NCBI GenBank assembly: GCA_964645795.1
Contig: CAZYCL010000002.1
Location: 272,352-336,351, forward strand
Direction of reading: 5' to 3'
Source of the DNA: an uncultured Planctomycetales bacterium
GTDB lineage: Bacteria > Omnitrophota > Gorgyraeia > Gygaellales > Profunditerraquicolaceae
Length of the DNA stretch: 64,000 nucleotides
Position numbers and translations under genes: made by a program. Position 1 is the stretch's first letter. Each line of letters begins with the position of its first letter. Shown here piece by piece: positions 54,701 to 63,700 of this stretch. The notes below the pieces were generated by a model. The model was given only the letters and a program-made list of their open reading frames with translations, did not search any database and was not told where the DNA came from.

Positions 54701-57700
54701 AGCTCGGGTATAAGAAGGTAATCTGCTGAATGGAACTCTCCTGATATGGATATACCGCGGCCGTTTTTGGTAAATACGACGTTTTTAAAAGGCAGGTGGC
54801 GGACTAATCCGTGGCGCACACTGGTCTCATCATTCTTGCTTATCAGCTTTGCATCGATCAGTTCCTGACTAAGGAGCTTGGCCAACCAAACTTTCCCTGT
54901 TGAATCTATCCATGTCAACTCACCGTTATCGTTTAGTCTGATACGGTTGGCAAAGGGGAACAATACCGGTGCGCCGCCTTTTTCATAGATCAAGTTGTAC
55001 TCCTTGACCTTATCTTTTACAAAATATCCGATAGCATTAAAACCCTGGTTAACATTGACGATCAGGCGGCTGCCCGAGCGCTCATCAACTATCTGCCAGA
55101 TGCCTTCCCTTATCTGTGAGAATGCTTCTACAGGCGAACTGATCACTGGTTCTAATATTTTTAATGCCTCTTCGGCGCTGTCAACTACCTGGAGCAGATC
55201 GCCATCGCGGGGCTTGATCAGTTGGGTTCCCGGATACCCAAGCATGGCTTTTACCATAGCGTCCTTGACCGGCTGCCAAAATCCCTTTTCAACCAAGATG
55301 ACTGGACGAGCCGCGATCTTACCGGTCTGAATAACAGGGATATTATCAAAAAGGCGGTTGAATGTCTTTATCCTGCCCGGCAAAAATACAAATGCCAGCG
55401 AATTTTCCGTAAGTAGGACATGATGGTTGGATATATGGGTGGTAACGATGCGGTTTTCCTCTTGAGCAATATCCCCCCTCTTCTTCTCTGCCAGAGTGGC
55501 CAAGAGCATGTCTTTGTTATCTCCGGCTGCGTCCTCTAAGACTCTTTTTAAATACCGGTTGGCAGTTCCTGAACGCACCGAAACTCCTTTGGATAATAAT
55601 GAGGCGGTTAGGCGCTTTACGATCGTTGCCTCTTCGATGTGTATAAAGTCCGACTGGCCTATAATCGTGACGCTGGCCGGCCATTTACTAAGCTTTAGCA
55701 GACAGAATTCAAGGTCTCTGTTCGCATCTTTTAGGGTTTCTGGAGTATCTTTTATTATCTTGCGGGGAGCACAAAGTAAATGGACCATGGCTTCATCTAT
55801 TGAATCGGTAATCAATGGCTGAGATTCTATTTGCTCCTTCCAGCCGCGCTTCTGCCAGGCTTCATAAAGCGTATCAATAATGGGGCGCCAGAAAAAGCTT
55901 CCTATTAATACCACCGGTATATGCCTGAACCAGGCCTCAAAAAACTCATCCATGGTGCCGAATCCGCCCGGGAAGACCCCTATGCCCAGACAGTTATCAT
56001 AAAGACCCATTTTTCTGAGGACGAAATGGCTGAGTTCATAGTTATCTTCGACGAAATCAGAAGTCCTTTGCTCAAAAGGAAGCTTTATCCTTATCCCCTG
56101 AGTGGCATTCATGATCGTTTTTGCATATGCTGATTTCTTCCTTGCTTCAACATATCCCCTTAGGACCTCCTCCATTGTTGAGGGCCCCGCGCCTGAGCGG
56201 ATGGGGTAACCCGCGCTAAATACGGCCGCTCCGAACTCCCGGGCTTTGGCGCAGATCGCATCATCAACCGGTATCCTGGCGCTGCCAAAAGAGGCGAACG
56301 CCGCCGGCCAACGCGCGTGGATCTCTGAAATAAGCCGTCTTTCGTTCTGAAGCTGCGCAACAAGCTCAAAAACCGGCTCTGAAAACAAAGGGGCGCTTAA
56401 GCCTGAGCTTGCCTCTTGCTTAGAATCAATTGCAACAAGACACCCGAAATAATTGGGGACTCCGGATGCCAAAAACGAATAATCGAACCTTCCGGTTTTA
56501 ACCGGCGAACAGGAGGAATCAATAAGCTTTCTGATTTCTTCCTGTTCGGCCTCCGTAAAAAATTTAATTATTTCAGGATACAAATCTAAAGCTTGTCTAA
56601 AATATTTTACCGCCACATCTTTTTCGCCTAATACAAAATAGCAATGGCCGATACTCCATAAAAGAAGATAATCTGGATTCAGGCCGATAGCTATTTTATA
56701 CTCATAAATGGCCTCCTGGTATCTGCCCTGATTGGCTAAAAGGGCGCCCATGTTGCTATGCGCGTAGACATTATTAAAATCAATGCTGAGGGCTATTTGA
56801 AATTCCACAATTGCCTCTTCGTATCTACCCAGGTTAGCCAAGGCAAGTCCGAGATTATTGTGTGCGTTAGAATTATTGTGATCAAGGCGGACAGCTTTTT
56901 GATATTCTTCAACTGCCTCTTGATAGCTGCCCTGGCTAGCTAAAGCAAATCCAAGATTATAATGCGCTTCGGCATAATCGGGCTTAAGATCAATGATTTT
57001 TTCAAATTCGGTAGCTGCCTCTGAGAATCTATTTAGATTGATTAAAAGTAGCCCGAGGCCAAAATATGCCTCTACAAGATACCCATTGATGCTGGTGGCC
57101 GCTTTATATTCGACAATTGCTTCCTCGTATCTGCCCAAATTAGCCAAGGCAAGTCCGAGATTATTGTGTGCTTCGGCATTATCAGGATTAAGACGGACTG
57201 CTTTTTCATATTCGGTAAGGGCTTCTGTAACCTTTTCAATATCAAACAAGGTATTCCCAAGGTTATTATGTATGGTAGAAGTGCAGCCGGTTGTACTAGT
57301 TTCATTTATATAGTAGAAAACTGAATTAAGGACCGCCGTCTTATCTGATTCTGCCAGGCTGTCTAACTGCGTCCCGCTCTGGCTAAAGGCATATTTCTCT
57401 TTCCTATAATCCATATTCCTATATTCTCGCTTCAGTATTAAATACTTCCCTCCTTCATTTGTGTGGAAATCTGCGAAATCTCCTATTATAAAGTTAGTAA
57501 AATCGAGTAGCAAGATTGAATTATTACCGAACGGCACAAGCGCAAAACTATGCCCTGGCGCAGTAGCATGTATAGGATTAAGCTTAAGCAAACTAAGTAA
57601 AATATAGGCCAATTGAGAAACAGCTGTGTGGGTATACAGTATTTCTTTATCAGAAACGCTATTGTAAGTATTTTTATCGACTAGGCTGGACACCAGGAGT

Positions 57701-60700
57701 TTTATGAGCGTTTTGGGCGACTTGGGATTAACATAGCCTAAGCTTCTGAATTTCTTTATTAATTCAAACAGTTTTCCTTTTAATTTCTCATCGTTCCCTG
57801 ATTCCTTTATGGCGGATAATTCTTGCCTTGCCTCGTCAAAACCTATTTCGCCAAGAAAAGCATCCAGCTCTCTTGAAAGCACAGGAAGACAATCTTGGGG
57901 ATAGCCTAAGCTTGAAAGAAACAATGAGGATTCCGCTATCGAAGGTTTATTGTCTATCGGAGAGCTCCCCTCGGCCTTATCCATATCTTGCAGGAACTCA
58001 TCACAGAGGCTGATTACCTGATTTGCGGTGTATTCGTCGGTGTATTTTTTAGCCGTTTCCCTGGTTTCCTCAACATAGGCCCTGGCTTCATCAAAGCGGC
58101 GAAATGCGGTCAAGCATGAGCATTTTGTAATCTTGGCCATGATCCATCTGGCAGTTTCAGCCGGATACATCGGCCCAAATCTATCAAAGAACTCAAGCGA
58201 CCTTTCTGCGTATTTAAGGGCCTTGCGAGGATGGCCTAAATTCGCCATGGCAACAGCAATTCCCGCTCGGCACGAAGCGACAAATCCTGGCTTATCAAAA
58301 GGTTCTTTTTCAGGCAAGGATTCGGCCATCATTATCGCTCTTTTTAATAACTGGATTGACTTTCCCGGATTACTTTCCTTCTCCAATGCATTGTGCCCGC
58401 TTTGGAACGAAACAAGGGCATCTAATACCCGCTTTTCCACGCTACCGATAGGGCTGCTGATGCTACCATTGGCGCTTTCCAGGAAGTTGTCGCCGCGTTT
58501 CTTCGCTTTCCCGGACGAAAGAGGCACTATGATGCTGACTTTGGAACGGTTATCAATATCGTCGAACCTTAAAACTATGTCTGCCCTTGCCGCGGGGTCA
58601 TTTGTCATTATATGCCTTTCAAGGCCGGGCTTATATATCCTGTAATGCAACCTGCGGATATCCTGCGGCATTCTCCCCGCTATCTTCGTATCTCTCTCCA
58701 TCTTTACTTTCAATGATTCCTGGAAGCTTATCCCCAGGTAAATTGAAAGATCGGCGGGTATATCCACAATCCCCTTATCTGATATATAGAATCCCGAATA
58801 TATGAATATGGTTCCGGGCGTGATCACAAGCTGCTTATCTTCTGCAAAAAATCCTCCCGTCGTAACATCGTAAAGATTCCCCAAAATAATGGTCCCTTCG
58901 TAAGTGTTCAATATATTCTGAAAGTCATTCCTAAGCCTGTCCCAATCGTGCCATTTTAACAGGTGGGGTAAAAATCTGCCGGTTGTCATCTTCATGAAAA
59001 TCCCTGCCTCTTTGTTCCTTTTTACTCTGGGGAAATGATACCAATCTTCATTTATTTCAATTACACTCCTTCCCTTTTCAGATAATTTCCTTTTAAGAAC
59101 ATTAACCAAGTAGGTTTTGCCGGCGCCTTGTATTCCTTCGATAGTGACCCAATACTGTCCTTTTTTCTTATCTCGCCCTTCGCCGATCTCCTTCAGCACC
59201 ATATTAACAAATTTATTATAGGTGGTTCTCTTGGAACTGGCCTTCAAATATGCGTCATTATTTATTGGGAAAATATTGTGGCTTTTCTTGAGTTCGCGGC
59301 AAATGATCTTCTTAAGCCGGATTATTTTATCGGTATTAACCGATATGTCGGAAAGCTCCTGCAGTTCTTTTAGGGTGTGCCCGTCAAAACCTAAGCCTTC
59401 TATCGTTTTCCTGCTGTCTCTTACCGGGATGCTCACCGGTATCTGCATTTTCTCAAGCGTCGCCAGGATAGTAAAAACCGATTTTCCTTCAAAAACCCTA
59501 TCCTTTATCGGAAACAGGGTATCGTTCTTATAATTGACCAGAACGGAGTTGACCACGAATCCTCTCTCGCCTTCGAAGCTGCAGCTTCCTTCAATATAAG
59601 AATCGATTATGCTCCAGCCGCGCGGGATTACCATATCCTGACCGTTAAGCTCGATAACAACATTCTTCAACCTCACATTTTCTCCGAAGATAACCCTGCC
59701 CCTGCCTTTGATGATCACCCGATCAAGGAACGAAGACGCACCGTTATGCAGGAATACCCGCGAACCCTTACTTATCTTGTTTTTATCCGTTCGCACGGTC
59801 TCTCTAAGCCTGCACAGGGCTTCCGGAAGCCTTCCTTCATCCCTGAAAGATTTCTGGGATGCACCCTTTATATACGTGACTTTATTTGTATTTTGTCCAA
59901 GGCGTCTAACCGCTATTTTTCTCATGGAAATCCAATCGTCTTCACTGACTAATCCAAGCTTTGCCTTCGGCCTGTACAGCACCCATTCCGCTTCGCTCAT
60001 AAATGTGCTTTGAAATAGAGAAAAGAACATGTCTGCCGGGAAGTTGATAAAGCGTTCGCCCGAAGTCATAGCCCTGGATTTAAATTCGGATATCAAGGAT
60101 CTGATGAAATCTTTGTTCCATGCAGTAAAATAATGCAGACAGTAGAGGCGGCTATCCGAAATTACATCCATATATTTCTTGGCCAGCGACCTGTTTGGCT
60201 TTGCCAATAAGAGCTTGGCCTCTTTATTCCCGTCTAAAGCGAGAAATACCTTTCTGCTGAGGTATTTACCGCTTACCGGCACAATAGGCGCAATCAATAT
60301 CCTTTCACCGGGCAAATCATTTAACGGACTTCCGTTTAACATGGTCATATTTTCTGTGGAGAACATAATATCGCTGGCCGCGATAATAAGATTGCCGCTG
60401 CCGTATCCGGGAAGCTGAAGCATGAATGTCCCCGTGCGCAATAAAACCTCATGCAACCTTACCCTCTGTTCCGAATACGGTATCAGGCCTTCATAAATAT
60501 AGTTCAGGGTCAAGGGCATGTTCCTTATCTTCCTGCCACCGTCTGCGATCATTATTGTGGGGCTTTTGTAAAACTCCTCCCGCAGGGCCAATATGGCTTT
60601 ATCTACGGCGTTAAACGTGCTCGGCATGTCGTTAGAGAACTTGTCTATGTCTTCTTCAACGATCAGGATAAACCGTATATTACCGTTGTAAAGCTTGGAT

Positions 60701-63700
60701 ATCTCCATTAGCTTCCTTATATATACCGTCACCGCGTAAGGACTGAAATCTTTGATATTAATGATGGCGTTAAGCTTGAACAGGCCCCTGTCCACCAAAG
60801 CCTCAAACGTATCCTGCAGCTTCTTTCTGTCGCGTATGGTTTTAACCGAGAAACTCGTCCCTCTCTTGAATTTCCTCTGCCAGTTATTATCAATATCTCT
60901 CTTATACCCGGCATCCGTCGATTCTATAAGGTAAACGTTACTGCAGACCGCACGCAGGCGGTTGAATTTCTCCGCGTCAATGGAAAACAATGTTAATTTA
61001 CCGAGGGTGGGTTTCAGGTTCATAAAGACCGCCTCGGCTCCTGTATCGATAAGCTTTTCTCCTGATTCAATATCGGTTGCCATGCCTATTCTTAATATCT
61101 CCGGCTGCATATTTTTAACGATACCGAGGAATGCCGGAGAATCATCCAAGACAGCTGCCTCCTCAGGGGCAAAACCGCTTTCCTTAACGATCTTTAGCAG
61201 GTTCTTTGCTTTGTTTATCTCTATTTCTTTCTCTCTTCTCTGCTCTTTTGTCAACGCATAAGAATTAATGAAATATGACTTGATCCTGCTTCTGATAAAC
61301 TGACGCTTAAAGAATCCGGTCTCAAGGGCTGTATTGACATAAAAAAGAGTCTCGGGATTAAGGGCCTTGACGATATGCAGGAACCCCCGGGTATGAGGAT
61401 TAATGAATTCCAGAAGATTGATTTTTTCGAAATCAGCCGCCCTTAGTTTTTCAAACTGCCTGTAATACTTATCAATAAGAACCTCGGGGTCGATGCCGGT
61501 AAACAGCCCGTCCGCATTTGCCAGGCGTATCCCATCAAGAATGGTAAAGTATGTAGCCCTGCCGGGGAAATACTTAAAATATAGCCTCTCGCCTTCATCC
61601 CTGAAATGGTCTCCGGATTCCGGATAACCAGTATTGATGCCATTCCTTATCCTCCAATATACGGTCGCCGTAGCCCGGGCATAATAGCGAGGAGTATCGG
61701 CGATAACATTATCGAAATCAAAGACGAGGAGTTTTATACCGCGGCGCGAAATATTTCCAACGGCTACGACAGCATCGTAATCACGCTCATCCATGGCTTT
61801 TCTTAGAACTATTTTTGACTTTTCCTTTTCAAGAAACTCAATCTTGTCTTCAACCAATGAAATTAGTTCGGCGTCCCTACTCGGATCAAGCCCGCACTTC
61901 ATTCTTAATACATAATTAACGCCCATGTTTTTTCGCAAGCCTGTAATTATCTTCGCCGTTCGGTCATTCGTGTTATCGTAAAGGATGGCTGCCGCTATCC
62001 CCAAAGAATAGGCATCAGGATTCCTACCGTTTTCCATGATCAACTTTGCAGGCCCTACCAGACGATCAAAGCTCTTAAGTTTTTTCTCGGGATCACGCCC
62101 GACCCTGGAGATCTCATCAAGTATATGCTGGTCTAAAAAGATCTCAATAAGCGAATTGATGCAGATGTCATAATTTTCCCATTTCCCCATAAAGCCCCTT
62201 AGCTCTTCCCCTGCCAACCGGACCACTTTATATATCTCAAAGTCGCTGACCGCCTCATTAATGTAGCGGTATCCTTTTAAATAGCCTAAATACGCGGCAA
62301 TGGCGTGCAGTCCGTTATAGACAAACAGCTTCCTCTGCTTGAGTTCTGCAAGATTATCAACCGGGATTATCTTGCGCATATATTTAAAATCAGGCTTTAA
62401 CGCTTTCCGGTCAACAAATAACGATTGTTCAACGCTCACCTGGATCATTAAAGGCTCATATTCCGCTGCGTTGGGCAATACATTGGTGGCTATACTAAAG
62501 GTCGTGGTTTCCGCTATATTGAGAAGGTCTTTGGCGAGGTTGTAAACCTGCGCAGACATATTCTTAAACACTTCGTTTCTTACCTGGTGCTCGGTGTGCA
62601 TTTTGTTCGAGACGACGATTACACTCACCGGTTCTTTAAGGCCTTGCTCCAGGCGTTTTATCATCAATCTGGCAACCAAAGCCGAAGCGTCTTTTAAAGC
62701 CGTGTCAGGCAGGGCAAAAAATATCGTATTAATACTAAATATATCATTTACTATCGATTCTTCGTCTGACCTGTCGAATATCCGGAAATTGCCTATCTCC
62801 TGCCTCTTCAGCCCTTTCTCAGGAGCATAAATATTTACTGCATATTCTTTCTGCCTCCTTAGAGCTGCGGTCAGTTCAGTATTCTTGTCCACAAACATCA
62901 TCCCGTATCCGTTGTCGTCCAGGATGGAGCCGATAAGGCCCCGGCCGACCCTGCCTGCCCCGATGACAATCGCGCTTCGGCTGATGGACTGGCTAATCCG
63001 GAAAACCTTACGGAGTATCCTGCATGCTAGCGCGCCTGGGTGCAGAGTAACCGCTTTCTTTCTGCTTAAAAAATTATTTGAGATTGGAGAGGCGGATTCC
63101 TGCTTGGCGGCGTTATCTACCCTGTCCCGTTCTGCCTCCTGCGCTTTTTCTTCGTCTTCGATCTTCTTCAATCTCCTCTCGATCGCTAATGGATAAACAT
63201 TTAACGCGTAGCGCTTCTCCATGGCTGCGGCGGTGACCTTTTCCTGGGCAGCCAGATAAGAGGCAAGCATCAGTTTCTTCCATTTATCCTGCTCCTGGTA
63301 ATAAAGCCTTGAGATAGTTCTAAATATGACTAAAAGCTCAACCGGACCCTTGAGATAAAAAGCTTCGTGGTCGGCTATTAAATTTTCGTCAGTTTCGTGA
63401 ACAAATGGCCCGAACAGAAATCCGTTGCCTTCGCCTGTTTGTTCGTTATAAGGATTAATAAGCTCTTTTGGACCGGCTCCGTTAAGGCCTATGGTCACAC
63501 CGAAGTTAAGGGCAGTTCTTTGACCGGATGTTCCGCAAGCCTCATCAAAATCCCTGGGGACCTCTGCGCAGACGTCAGAGCCGATGGCCTGCATTTTAAG
63601 CAGCTTGATATCAGAATTAGGGACATAAACAAACTTTCCTCGTAACTCTTCCGTCTGGCTCCAACGTTGGAACTCTTCTACCCAATCTTTCATATACTCC

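Noticed and set aside
721-63096. Recurrent 13-nt motif interpreted as a CRISPR-like repeat array with about 1-kb spacers
   Set aside because: The repeat is only about 13 nt. Spacing is irregular (12 nt to 4.6 kb). Every copy is in the same coding frame and varies mainly at synonymous positions. The 'spacers' encode recognisable enzymes, so it is a protein-level junction motif, not a CRISPR array.
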